From an uncultured virus (IMG/VR IMGVR_UViG_3300044641_005543) (taxonomy: Duplodnaviria > Heunggongvirae > Uroviricota > Caudoviricetes): 20,000 nucleotides of DNA. Shown here in pieces: positions 7,493 to 15,824 of the stretch. The stretch lies in IMG/VR virus record IMGVR_UViG_3300044641_005543; one strand, written 5' to 3'. Within the stretch, counting starts at the first letter, position 1, and the number at the start of each line of letters is the position of its first letter. The notes under the pieces were generated by a model, which searched no databases, was not told the DNA's origin, and saw nothing but the letters and a program-made list of their open reading frames with translations. The position numbers and the translations under genes were made by a program.

Positions 7493-8375
7493 ATTGTTCA
7501 ATCGCTAGATCTTTACCCTTCAATTCCATATCTAAATCAAATTCTAGACCATAAGTTTCAAACTTATTATAAGCGTACTCAGCATGAGCACGAGGATTAT
7601 TACCCTCTCTGCTTTCGCTGTAATGAAATAGTGGTCTAGTTTGCCATGTATCATAACACATATTAATAGCCTCACATTCTGTAAGATTATTAGGATGGCA
7701 CTTATGATGAAGATAATCGAAGCAAATGGGTATCCTAGTAATAGGATGAAAAATATCCACCAACTCTTTTACGCTCCAGCAATTAAGTTTATCGTCATTC
7801 TCAATAGTCATACGCTTCTGACAATTTTCGTCTAAACGCTTGAAGTTTGAATAAAATCTGTGAGAAATTTCTTCTCTACTTCCATTATTGTTATGAACAT
7901 GAAGATTCATTGGGGAATTTGTATCCGCCGGTAATCCAATTCTGTCGAAGAAACTGCTGTAGAAGTTGAGTTCAACGATTGTTTTCTCGACCACTTTATC
8001 GGAGAGACTTGATAGCGAATTAAACTCGCTAGGGTGACAACTAACACGAACGCCAGTAGTGGAAATAGTTTGTGCGATATTATCAAACTCGTCTTGAATA
8101 TCTTCATGGTTTGGTAAATCCTCTAAAGAGACATTAGCCTCATCATAAGTAATGAGAGGAAAAATATCACTGCTAACTCTATAAGTATAATTATTATTGC
8201 CACAAAATTTGATTGTTTCATTTGTTGTTACAAGATTATTAAGAATTCTTTCTCCAAGAATAGTTAATGCCTCTTCTCTTGGTAAACTATTGAAACGCTT
8301 AAAAGTCATGGTCTGATGACCAATACCTTGTTCTTTTAGTTTAAGACTAATGCAACAAAGTCCGTATCTGTTCAT
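7461..8375 (-). CDS. uvsE: UV-damage endonuclease
   Basis: Start revised to MNRYGLCCIS (AAGGAG RBS); YRVSSDIFP, RVSCHPSEF, MTIENDDK, PICFDYLHH, PLFHYSES, RAHAEY, DMELKGKD. Confidence 0.92.
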   Translation of the reverse strand: MNRYGLCCISLKLKEQGIGHQTMTFKRFNSLPREEALTILGERILNNLVTTNETIKFCGNNNYTYRVSSDIFPLITYDEANVSLEDLPNHEDIQDEFDNIAQTISTTGVRVSCHPSEFNSLSSLSDKVVEKTIVELNFYSSFFDRIGLPADTNSPMNLHVHNNNGSREEISHRFYSNFKRLDENCQKRMTIENDDKLNCWSVKELVDIFHPITRIPICFDYLHHKCHPNNLTECEAINMCYDTWQTRPLFHYSESREGNNPRAHAEYAYNKFETYGLEFDLDMELKGKDLAIEQYEKSQIYSYN

Positions 8376-8392
8376 AGAATCTCCTTGGTCAC

Positions 8393-8420
8393 AGTATACA
8401 GCATTATCGGCAGAAGTCAA
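8393..8420 (-). promoter_or_regulatory. sigma70-like promoter with TGCCGAT spacer motif (uvsE)
   Basis: TTGACT-tctgccgataatgctg-TATACT (16 bp spacer). Confidence 0.7.
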
Positions 8421-8611
8421 GCCGCTTCTTGAGGAATTTCTTCAACAGATAGAATTTTTACTAAAGAATATTCTATAGAAGGAAAATGTAATTTAAAATT
8501 AGAAAGAGCATTTTCAGAAGTAGAACCATCAAATACCTGATTAATTAATAGATTTTGTTTTGACAAATCGCTGTTTTTAAATACCTGTGCCGTGATATTA
8601 AATGTTTTCAT
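8417..8611 (-). CDS. Hypothetical protein
   Basis: Start revised to MKTFNITAQVF because the longer ORF overlaps the HNH gene. Confidence 0.55.
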   Translation of the reverse strand: MKTFNITAQVFKNSDLSKQNLLINQVFDGSTSENALSNFKLHFPSIEYSLVKILSVEEIPQEAA

Positions 8612-8633
8612 TTTGAGTAAATTCTTGAATTTT

Positions 8634-8640
8634 GGTGTAT
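8634..8640 (+). promoter_or_regulatory. GGTGTAT motif upstream of HNH gene
   Basis: TTTTGGTGTATTTGATATT, 20 nt before ATG 8661. Confidence 0.45.
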
Positions 8641-8660
8641 TTGATATTAAAAGGAAATAT

Positions 8661-9299
8661 ATGAAAACTAAAAAATGTACCGTTTGCCTCAAAAATAAAA
8701 AGTTAACTTCTTTTTACAAGAAAAAGGGCGGAAAATTTGGATTGGACGCAAAATGTAAGTCTTGCGTTTCTCTTTATCATAAACAGCATTTTCAAAAAAA
8801 CAAGACCTCAATCTTACAAAGTAGATCAAAATATATGAATGGGTATAGAAAAAATAATAAAAACTATACTTCAAAATATAATAAAAATTACTATGAAAAA
8901 AATAAAAAAGAAATTCTTAGACATAAAGCCAGTTTAGAATATAGAAAATTACAGAGAGAATATGAAAGAAATAAATATCAAAATAATTTATCATATAGAA
9001 TATTAAGTAGTTTAAGAAGCAGATTAAGATTGGCAGTTAAGAATAATATAAAACAAGAAAAAACTAAAGAACTAATTGGCTGTGATATTGAATATTTAAA
9101 AACATATTTAGCAAATAAGTTTCAAGAAGGCATGACTTGGGAAAATTATGGAAAATATGGTTGGCATATAGACCATATAATTCCATGTTCCAGTTTTGAC
9201 ATGAGCGATCCTGAACAACAGAGAAAGTGTTTTCACTATACAAATTTACAGCCATTATGGGCTAAAGATAATATTAGTAAATCAGATAAAATCTTATAA
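8661..9299 (+). CDS. HNH homing endonuclease
   Basis: Start revised to MKTKKCTVC (AAGGA RBS); N-terminal CxxC...CxxC; C-terminal GMTWENYG..WHIDHIIPC...CFHYTNLQPLWAKDNISK. Confidence 0.88.
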   Translation: MKTKKCTVCLKNKKLTSFYKKKGGKFGLDAKCKSCVSLYHKQHFQKNKTSILQSRSKYMNGYRKNNKNYTSKYNKNYYEKNKKEILRHKASLEYRKLQREYERNKYQNNLSYRILSSLRSRLRLAVKNNIKQEKTKELIGCDIEYLKTYLANKFQEGMTWENYGKYGWHIDHIIPCSSFDMSDPEQQRKCFHYTNLQPLWAKDNISKSDKIL

Positions 9300-9920
9300 T
9301 CCAAATGCCTCTATTGTATATTTAAATGGATTATTATCAATATTTTTTACTAAATCTAACATAGTTTGTGCAATTTCTCTAATTTCTAACTGAGCATTAG
9401 GTTTATTGCGTAATGATTGAAAATGATAAAAACTTCTCCAATTAAAACTTACATCAGAAGTAATCTGGGTATTGTATGGTCTAAAAAATCTAGCACTTTC
9501 TTTGGCTCTTTTTCTATCGAAACCATAATCATTAACTAAACTTTCTATACAATTATGGTATTTATCCAAACCTAGTTGAGTATAAGATTTAAGTTGTTCT
9601 TGCCAAATTAAAGGCCAATCTTCAGGAATTAAATATTGATCTTCCTTAATCTCTTTATATCTTGCAGATTCGCCATTAACACTTACTCCTATTCTGTGTT
9701 TAATTATATGAATGTGCGATGCTATATCTGTTGTTACTAAAAAATGTAAATAACTTTTTTCAAAAGGAGTATGATGACCTTCATCCGCTAACATTTTTAA
9801 TAGTTTAGGTATTCGATCAATCTTATCTTCCGATAAGTCTCTAGATGTACTAGTCCATGCAGAACAAGCATGAATTTTATCATTTCCATAATATCCTAGT
9901 AGTTCAACTTTATTTAGCAT
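9294..9920 (-). CDS. thyX: FAD-dependent thymidylate synthase
   Basis: GHHTPFEK, HIIKHRIGVSVNGESARY (ThyX motif variant), RAKESARFF, FNWRSFYHFQSLR..NAQLEIREIA. Confidence 0.92.
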   Translation of the reverse strand: MLNKVELLGYYGNDKIHACSAWTSTSRDLSEDKIDRIPKLLKMLADEGHHTPFEKSYLHFLVTTDIASHIHIIKHRIGVSVNGESARYKEIKEDQYLIPEDWPLIWQEQLKSYTQLGLDKYHNCIESLVNDYGFDRKRAKESARFFRPYNTQITSDVSFNWRSFYHFQSLRNKPNAQLEIREIAQTMLDLVKNIDNNPFKYTIEAFGL

Positions 9921-10017
9921 AATTATCTAAACCTTGATTGTTTGGGTTGGACACTCTGGCACAATAAGCCATAGTTTTTTCTGCATCTGGAGTTACACTA
10001 ATTAATTTTGCGTTCAT
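9910..10017 (-). pseudogene. thyX: N-terminal fragment (35 aa) of a second, different thyX type
   Basis: MNAKLISVTPDAEKTMAYCARVSNPNNQGLDNYAK* matches my recollection of the common ThyX N-terminus (V.L...TPDAE....Y.ARVSNP.NQ); AAGGA RBS; stop overlaps the intact thyX start. Confidence 0.8.
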
Positions 10018-10248
10018 CTAGTGTGATTCCTTATATGAAATTTGATAATCTACCCATTCTCCATTAGTAATGTCATTGTAAATATCTCTAGCCAGTTTAC
10101 TGACGCTAGGACTAACACCACTAGAAGATGGGTTGTCTATTTTAGTCCAATAATACTGTACCTTATCACCATTTTCTTCGTCACCCTTATCTTTAAGAGT
10201 TTCATAACCGTGAGATTTGGCCCATCTTTTAACTTCACTCCAAAGCAT
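10018..10248 (-). CDS. Hypothetical protein
   Basis: 76-aa ORF, AGGAGG RBS. Confidence 0.7.
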   Translation of the reverse strand: MLWSEVKRWAKSHGYETLKDKGDEENGDKVQYYWTKIDNPSSSGVSPSVSKLARDIYNDITNGEWVDYQISYKESH

Positions 10249-10257
10249 AGTATCCTC

Positions 10258-10524
10258 CTAGCAACTCATATTACCAGATTTCGGCGGTTTGTCAATGTCA
10301 ACTTTAAACGATTGTTCTGGTAAATCATATCTTTTCCATGCTTGTTTATGTTTCAATCCTATAATTTCTACTCTTTGTTCATTAATTATCTGTTTTTGAT
10401 AGTTAATTAATTCATATAATTCCATTATATAATCATATACTTGTTCGTTTTTGTATACTTCCATTATTTGTTGAACTTTTGCTGGTCGCATAGGTTCGTA
10501 TTTAAAATTTCCATCCCAAGTCAT
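10258..10524 (-). CDS. Hypothetical protein
   Basis: 88-aa ORF in operon orientation. Confidence 0.65.
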   Translation of the reverse strand: MTWDGNFKYEPMRPAKVQQIMEVYKNEQVYDYIMELYELINYQKQIINEQRVEIIGLKHKQAWKRYDLPEQSFKVDIDKPPKSGNMSC

Positions 10525-10536
10525 ATATTATATTCT

Positions 10537-11295
10537 TTATAATGATGGTAATAAATCTAGTATCTTATTAGGATCAATAGTTAAATGTAAACCATGTTCT
10601 CTAATAACAGTTCTAGTAAGATTTTTTTTCTCGCTCAAAACACCATAAAACATATATATATTCCCTAAATCATAACTAGATATTTCAATAAAATTTGTTT
10701 TTTCTCGGCACCATACCAAGTTGGCTAATGATGCACCATGTTGTGCGATAATCAATTTTGCACCATAGAATTTTTCTATTTGCTCCTTAATAGACATATT
10801 CTCTAGTTCAAGTAATTCTGTGTTTGGATATTTATTACGCACCGCATCATAAATCTCATTAATATTTTTGATACTGCGTCTTTGTGAACCATATGTTTCG
10901 TTCATAAATACTTTTGGTTCAGTATATGATCTATTAATAATAATAATATTATCTTTCTTATCCAGTTGTGGCTTATATATATTAAAAGCATTATCTAATA
11001 GTTTAGGAAAATTTGGACAAAATCTTATCTTATGATGTATACTATCAAATCCATTATAGCGTAGAGTTTTTTTGATTTTATATTTAGGTATATTGTTTTT
11101 TATATCAAAAGTAATATCTAAATTTGTATCTAAAATATGACGATTCATAGTATCACAATCATAAAATAAAAATTTATCATTTGTATCTATCTCATCTATA
11201 TGATAAATAAATGGTAATAGATAACCATGTAAAAAATGGTAATAATGATAATATCTACCAAAATTATTTGGAAGTACTAAAGTATATTCATTCAT
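10537..11295 (-). CDS. Glycosyltransferase family 61 (DUF563-like)
   Basis: YYHYYHFLHG, IIIINR, RRSIKNINEI, LENMSIKEQIEKFYGAKLIIAQHGASLANLVWC. Confidence 0.8.
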   Translation of the reverse strand: MNEYTLVLPNNFGRYYHYYHFLHGYLLPFIYHIDEIDTNDKFLFYDCDTMNRHILDTNLDITFDIKNNIPKYKIKKTLRYNGFDSIHHKIRFCPNFPKLLDNAFNIYKPQLDKKDNIIIINRSYTEPKVFMNETYGSQRRSIKNINEIYDAVRNKYPNTELLELENMSIKEQIEKFYGAKLIIAQHGASLANLVWCREKTNFIEISSYDLGNIYMFYGVLSEKKNLTRTVIREHGLHLTIDPNKILDLLPSL

Positions 11296-11468
11296 TTCTG
11301 TAGTTGTTCCTCTGCTTTAATTTTATTATGATAAACAAATCCAGCAGCAAAACCTTCCATATATAATTTTTTCATAATAGACACACACTCTTTATGAGTA
11401 CCAATATACTTAACATTTTTTGCTACCCAATCATGGTAACTTTTTTCTTCGTCACTCATATCATCCAT
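11292..11468 (-). CDS. Small hypothetical protein (about 58 aa)
   Basis: MDDMSDEEKSYHDW...KKLYMEGFAAGF...; coupled at both ends. Confidence 0.55.
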   Translation of the reverse strand: MDDMSDEEKSYHDWVAKNVKYIGTHKECVSIMKKLYMEGFAAGFVYHNKIKAEEQLQK

Positions 11469-12088
11469 CATTTTTTAACCTTTGCTTTATTATATTTATT
11501 GAAAATTTTATTAACTCCAGCAATAATAGTAGGACAAGCCATATTAATTAATTCACTATCATCATTATCAGTAATATATGCTTGAATTTCATCATTTAAC
11601 ACATCTTTGGAATATCCTTTATTAAGAATATATTTGTTAATCTTTAAAATTTTCGATTTATTTTTAGCGATAAAACTATCTATTTCATTTTTATATTTAA
11701 GATTACTAGAATATAGAGCATGAGATAGTTCATGTCTTAATACGCTATTATTTTGAGCACCAATAATATAGAAGTTATCTCTACGATAACGTAAAAGTTC
11801 AAGTAATCTCTTTTCTTCTATGGTTAGAGGATCGAACAGTCCTTCTTTAAATGGACTTAATACTTTACTAGGAAAATTAAAACCAACCCATGTTGTATGA
11901 TAGTTATTGGCTCCATAATTTTCAGAGTACCAGTGTCTTAATTGCCCGATAGTGAAAATTTTACCACGAAATTTTGGATTAGGACTCTCATAATATTCTT
12001 GAAAACGCATAAATGTTAGCCCCAATTCTTCTTGAGAATCAGCACTGACCCAAACACTATTATATGGTTGTGGTTTAATTGTTAACAT
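11468..12088 (-). CDS. Hypothetical protein with HExxH (zincin-like) motif
   Basis: LRHELSHALY...DEIQAY. Confidence 0.6.
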   Translation of the reverse strand: MLTIKPQPYNSVWVSADSQEELGLTFMRFQEYYESPNPKFRGKIFTIGQLRHWYSENYGANNYHTTWVGFNFPSKVLSPFKEGLFDPLTIEEKRLLELLRYRRDNFYIIGAQNNSVLRHELSHALYSSNLKYKNEIDSFIAKNKSKILKINKYILNKGYSKDVLNDEIQAYITDNDDSELINMACPTIIAGVNKIFNKYNKAKVKK

Positions 12089-12251
12089 CTAGATCCATTT
12101 CTATAGTATTTTTTAAAATATTTATTGTATCTCTATATTGTGCTATTTCATATCTTTGAATTCGTATTTCATTACGAAGTGATTGATTAAGATTTTTCAG
12201 GTGTTCAATCTCAGCATTGAGTTTATTTATGTAGTCATCTATATCTATCAT
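12075..12251 (-). CDS. Small coiled-coil hypothetical protein (58 aa)
   Basis: MIDIDDYINKLNAEIEHLKNLNQSLRNEIR...; ATGA-coupled to the AlkB-like gene. Confidence 0.55.
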   Translation of the reverse strand: MIDIDDYINKLNAEIEHLKNLNQSLRNEIRIQRYEIAQYRDTINILKNTIEMDLDVNN

Positions 12252-12757
12252 TGTAATGATCTAAACACTATGGAATATCTGGTATCTTTAACTGGTAAAA
12301 TTTCATGAGTCCATTCGTTTCTAATCTCATCCTTCATTTGTACTAAACTTCTTGGATTTAATTCCTGAACTATATCGTCTAAGTTTTTTTTCTTAAATAT
12401 CATTGTTGATGAATAACCTAAACTTAGTATACTAACTATTGGCCCACTAATTGGCTTATCAATATGTGCTGCTATTTTTTGTCCTTTTTTGTATTTATTA
12501 ATCGCTATACCAAAAGGTATTTCTGCGATCAAATTATCTGTAATTAGCCTATTGTAGATATTAACAATACTAGATGGAGCATCATTTATATTTTTTTTAT
12601 ATCTATCTCCAAAATAGATACTATCATAGTTGTTATCTCCGTAGTTGGCAACTAACTTTGGATTATTTTGTCGAAAATTTTCAATATCAGATATAATTAG
12701 TTGTTCTTCATTTTCTGATATATAATTATTAAAGAACTTTAAGCCTAAGTTTTCCAT
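12248..12757 (-). CDS. AlkB-like 2-oxoglutarate/Fe(II) dioxygenase
   Basis: INKYKKGQKIAAHID...IVSILSLG...PRSLVQM...WTHEI...RYSIVFR (HxD..H..RxxxxxR). Confidence 0.88.
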   Translation of the reverse strand: MENLGLKFFNNYISENEEQLIISDIENFRQNNPKLVANYGDNNYDSIYFGDRYKKNINDAPSSIVNIYNRLITDNLIAEIPFGIAINKYKKGQKIAAHIDKPISGPIVSILSLGYSSTMIFKKKNLDDIVQELNPRSLVQMKDEIRNEWTHEILPVKDTRYSIVFRSLQ

Positions 12758-12948
12758 TCTGTCTTTAGTCTATTAAGAGTAATTTGTACAACACTATCAT
12801 CATAGTAGCAATCGTTTTCTGTGGCTAATAGATTCTCATATTTATTTTTATCAATAGCGTGTAAAACATTCATTACACACTGACCATAACGCCAATTAAA
12901 ACTATTATACGTTTGATCTACTAATTTTATAAATTGTTCAAAACTCAT
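12745..12948 (-). CDS. Hypothetical protein
   Basis: 67-aa ORF (WRYGQCVMNVL). Confidence 0.65.
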   Translation of the reverse strand: MSFEQFIKLVDQTYNSFNWRYGQCVMNVLHAIDKNKYENLLATENDCYYDDSVVQITLNRLKTEWKT

Positions 12949-13061
12949 TCTACATCATACCATTCTGGAAAAGTATCATAATATAAATCGGCAAATGGGG
13001 CATTTTCGCCCTCATTAATAACTGATCCTAAAATTGGTGGAGTTGTTTCGTTATTTTTCAT
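12945..13061 (-). CDS. Small hypothetical protein (38 aa)
   Basis: MKNNETTPPILGSVINEGENAPFADLYYDTFPEWYDVE; overlaps both neighbours. Confidence 0.45.
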   Translation of the reverse strand: MKNNETTPPILGSVINEGENAPFADLYYDTFPEWYDVE

Positions 13062-13371
13062 AAGGTTTAACAATCCATCCTATTTTGGCTAAATCTAATC
13101 TTATTTCATCAGTAACAACGCTTTCGCTAACAGAACCGTCAAGATTGATCATACCAGAACAATAATAGTCTAGATAATCCTCCCCACAATCTCTAAGGTC
13201 TGCTACTATTCCACCACTCATTCTCCACGAACAAGTCCATTCGTTTTCACCATAAAAAAAACGATTATTACACATAGCCGCATATAAATTTTGGCTATAA
13301 ACTTTGCTATATTTACACTTATCTTTTATTGTTGAATTAGCAAATAAATCTTGTTCTAGGTCTGGTTTCAT
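13051..13371 (-). CDS. Hypothetical phage protein
   Basis: 106-aa ORF (YSQNLYAAMCNN...CSWRMSGGIVADLR..EDYLDYYCSG). Confidence 0.75.
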   Translation of the reverse strand: MKPDLEQDLFANSTIKDKCKYSKVYSQNLYAAMCNNRFFYGENEWTCSWRMSGGIVADLRDCGEDYLDYYCSGMINLDGSVSESVVTDEIRLDLAKIGWIVKPYEK

Positions 13372-13658
13372 CGGTATACTACTACTGGTTGGTAAAAGTA
13401 TTGAGTTTGAGGAACATATACTACTCTTTGTGTTCTATAAAGCAAACATCTGTGTTCTACAACTACTGGTTGATTAACAACGTAAGGAACATATTGATAA
13501 ACAACTACTGGTTGAGGTTGATAAACATAGGATTGTTGAGTTACAGTAGTTTGTACAACATGATTTTGTGGTTGATATGGTATCCACTCTTGAGCATAAA
13601 TATTACCACATACAATTGTCATTGATATTACTAACAAGCATCGTGCTATATTTTTCAT
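13368..13658 (-). CDS. Putative secreted Val/Tyr/Pro/Gln-rich protein
   Basis: AAGGAG RBS; signal-peptide-like N-terminus (..GNIYA-QEW); repeated QPVVV. Confidence 0.65.
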   Translation of the reverse strand: MKNIARCLLVISMTIVCGNIYAQEWIPYQPQNHVVQTTVTQQSYVYQPQPVVVYQYVPYVVNQPVVVEHRCLLYRTQRVVYVPQTQYFYQPVVVYR

Positions 13659-13681
13659 AGTTATCTCCTTAAATAAAGTAA

Positions 13682-13909
13682 TTAATTTTTTGTTCTATTA
13701 TTCATCTTAATAAGTTCAACAACATATCGTGCCGTATCTGGTACGTTACTACCTCCCATATAATAACTACCAATAAAATCAAACATATTTAGATTTTTAG
13801 TATTGAATTCTTCATAGTAAATGGGTTCGTACTCCATACGAATATACTCGCCAACGCTATTTCCAAAATCCATAATTTGATTATATAATTTCGTTGTCAT
13901 TGTATCCAT
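13682..13909 (-). CDS. Hypothetical protein
   Basis: 75-aa ORF. Confidence 0.6.
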   Translation of the reverse strand: MDTMTTKLYNQIMDFGNSVGEYIRMEYEPIYYEEFNTKNLNMFDFIGSYYMGGSNVPDTARYVVELIKMNNRTKN

Positions 13910-14108
13910 CCAGTTTAAAACATTGGCTCATTGTATCAAATAATTTCTTAGTATGCAAATCCAATAAAACCCTAATACCCTCAATAGCATTAGCAATTTC
14001 ATCATTACTTAATTCTTGTTCAATAACTCCCTCGTTAAGAGTTTTCAAATTTTCTCCAAAACTATAGAGACAATTGATTTCATGCTCAAGATCAAATCGG
14101 TCTTTCAC
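13881..14108 (-). CDS. Hypothetical phage protein
   Basis: Start revised to GTG (MKDRFDLEHEI), with GGAG RBS and GTGA overlap. Confidence 0.65.
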   Translation of the reverse strand: MKDRFDLEHEINCLYSFGENLKTLNEGVIEQELSNDEIANAIEGIRVLLDLHTKKLFDTMSQCFKLDGYNDNEII

Positions 14109-14413
14109 GCTGGCTCTCCATATTCGTTGTAGTCTGTAGCCATTTGTTCCCTGTTCCATTGTACCACAGTATCTAGTGCGTTGTCAAGGCTTTTAAAATA
14201 ATGCAGTCGATCTGGCCCAAGAACATAAGAGTAAATTTGAACTCCTGTAATTTTAAGTTCACAATCTTTATCTGTCCAGTAATTTCCAAAATCTAAAGAG
14301 ATATGTCCTTCGCTACTTTTACAATGTCCATCGCTGTATTTAAAGTAGTGGTCATATGCTTCTTTAAGAAGTTGGCGAATCTTTTTGAGTTTATTAAATT
14401 CTGATTCGTTCAT
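14105..14413 (-). CDS. Hypothetical protein
   Basis: 102-aa ORF, coupled. Confidence 0.65.
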   Translation of the reverse strand: MNESEFNKLKKIRQLLKEAYDHYFKYSDGHCKSSEGHISLDFGNYWTDKDCELKITGVQIYSYVLGPDRLHYFKSLDNALDTVVQWNREQMATDYNEYGEPA

Positions 14414-14580
14414 ACGAATAATCTGTCTTGTAGTAATTGCTTCACTGTTTCTGTTACATTAATTCCATTAACAACAATATCGTCGCCTCCACCCTTAATA
14501 GGATTAGGTGGAATCTTTTCAGATACTCTATTATAGAGCCAAAAGATAACAAACTTCTGTTCTTGTGACAGATTATTCAT
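14410..14580 (-). CDS. Small hypothetical protein (56 aa)
   Basis: MNNLSQEQKFVIFWLYNRVSEKIPPNPIKGGG...; ATGA overlaps at both ends. Confidence 0.55.
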   Translation of the reverse strand: MNNLSQEQKFVIFWLYNRVSEKIPPNPIKGGGDDIVVNGINVTETVKQLLQDRLFV

Positions 14581-14789
14581 AATCCAACCTTTGTTATCTC
14601 AAATCCGAATCCCAATATTCTAAAAGAGAATCCAACTCCCCAATCATATGTATAGTAATAAGTTTCTGTGGTCAAGTCTAAACTAAAACCATAATGATAA
14701 ACATCATCACTTGGATGCCACTTGTCATCAAATTTTGGTTTTTTTACGCCAACAAAATTAAATGGATGGAAAAATTTAGTTACTATCAT
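14577..14789 (-). CDS. Hypothetical protein
   Basis: 70-aa ORF. Confidence 0.55.
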   Translation of the reverse strand: MIVTKFFHPFNFVGVKKPKFDDKWHPSDDVYHYGFSLDLTTETYYYTYDWGVGFSFRILGFGFEITKVGL

Positions 14790-14988
14790 GTTTCACAAAG
14801 AATGGTTTTGGATCAACCGGCCAATATTTTTTTGGTTCAGCGTGTTGTGGATGATAATATCTTTGCGTATACAATTGATCTACTTTATCTATTAGTTCTT
14901 TAACTTTCTGTTCAAGATTAAGCAGCGATTCTAATACAACATCAATCTTTTGTTTAGATTTCTTTTTACTGTTTGTTTTCTTTTTCAT
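14776..14988 (-). CDS. Hypothetical protein
   Basis: 70-aa ORF, ATGA-coupled. Confidence 0.6.
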   Translation of the reverse strand: MKKKTNSKKKSKQKIDVVLESLLNLEQKVKELIDKVDQLYTQRYYHPQHAEPKKYWPVDPKPFFVKHDSN

Positions 14989-15209
14989 TTTATAATACTC
15001 ATAAAGGAAATGAAACTAAATATCCAACTAATTACCATACCAATTAATGCAACATTTAAAGCCCAATAAGTATCACCTTTGTAGTTTAATCTAAAAGCAT
15101 CTACTAAGGATGCTAATAGTGCTAAAATAGTTAGTGAACACGCTATAGACGTTATGCAAGACAATCCTGCACTTAAAAGGCATCGGGCTATAAAGTATAG
15201 GATATTCAT
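14985..15209 (-). CDS. Hypothetical membrane protein (two TM segments)
   Basis: Start revised to MNILYF (TGATG coupling); two hydrophobic segments. Confidence 0.55.
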   Translation of the reverse strand: MNILYFIARCLLSAGLSCITSIACSLTILALLASLVDAFRLNYKGDTYWALNVALIGMVISWIFSFISFMSIIK

Positions 15210-15400
15210 CACCAATGCCTCACAGTATTTGCTATAATAAATCCGCACGTTATAAAATTAACTAGTATAATGCTTAACTTAATAGTAAATGCCGTCCATG
15301 CTTCATATTGAGTCAATATTGGAATATCTGGAGCATCATAATCGTCCTTACCAACTCTATGATCTATTGCTCTGGCTAGAATTAATAGTTTACGATTCAT
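15209..15400 (-). CDS. Hypothetical membrane protein
   Basis: MNRKLLILARAIDHRVG...IILVNFITCGFIIANTVRHW. Confidence 0.65.
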   Translation of the reverse strand: MNRKLLILARAIDHRVGKDDYDAPDIPILTQYEAWTAFTIKLSIILVNFITCGFIIANTVRHW

Positions 15401-15824
15401 TCCTACAATTATCACAAAGAGTAGTTATCCATCCACCTTTATTTGGTTTACCAGAGTTACCACAAACTTCACAAACTTTGTAACTATATTCTTCTGCCAT
15501 ACCAATAACACCTTCTACATAATTATCGCCACCAGTAAAGTAGACTCGTAATCCACCATACTTTTCTTTAACTTGATCAAACTTGACAGGGAAATACTCT
15601 AGTTCTTCTTTGATTCTTTCTGGTTGATCCGCTAAAATTCTTTTTTTGTCCTCTATATTTTTTTCGTGTTGAAATATACGCCAGCAAAGGGAGGACAACA
15701 ATTCATACCAGCCATTTCCGACCTCGCATCCCCAACTCATGCACGATTCCATAGGAGATTTAGTCCTATTAATAAATATTTGTGGATATTTTTCAAATAG
15801 TTTATCTTGAAGTTCTTGATCCAT
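15390..15824 (-). CDS. Hypothetical phage protein with C-terminal zinc finger
   Basis: GNGWYELL...QVKEKYGGLRVY...CEVCG...WITTLCDNC. Confidence 0.75.
   Translation of the reverse strand: MDQELQDKLFEKYPQIFINRTKSPMESCMSWGCEVGNGWYELLSSLCWRIFQHEKNIEDKKRILADQPERIKEELEYFPVKFDQVKEKYGGLRVYFTGGDNYVEGVIGMAEEYSYKVCEVCGNSGKPNKGGWITTLCDNCRNES

Noticed and set aside
9910..9925. Programmed frameshift fusing the thyX stub to the intact thyX
   Set aside because: The intact thyX has its own complete N-terminus, so a fusion would duplicate that region; no clear slippery site.
13379..13514. Three copies of ACTACTGGTTG, a possible mini-CRISPR
   Set aside because: Too short, irregularly spaced, and explained by in-frame QPVVV peptide repeats.
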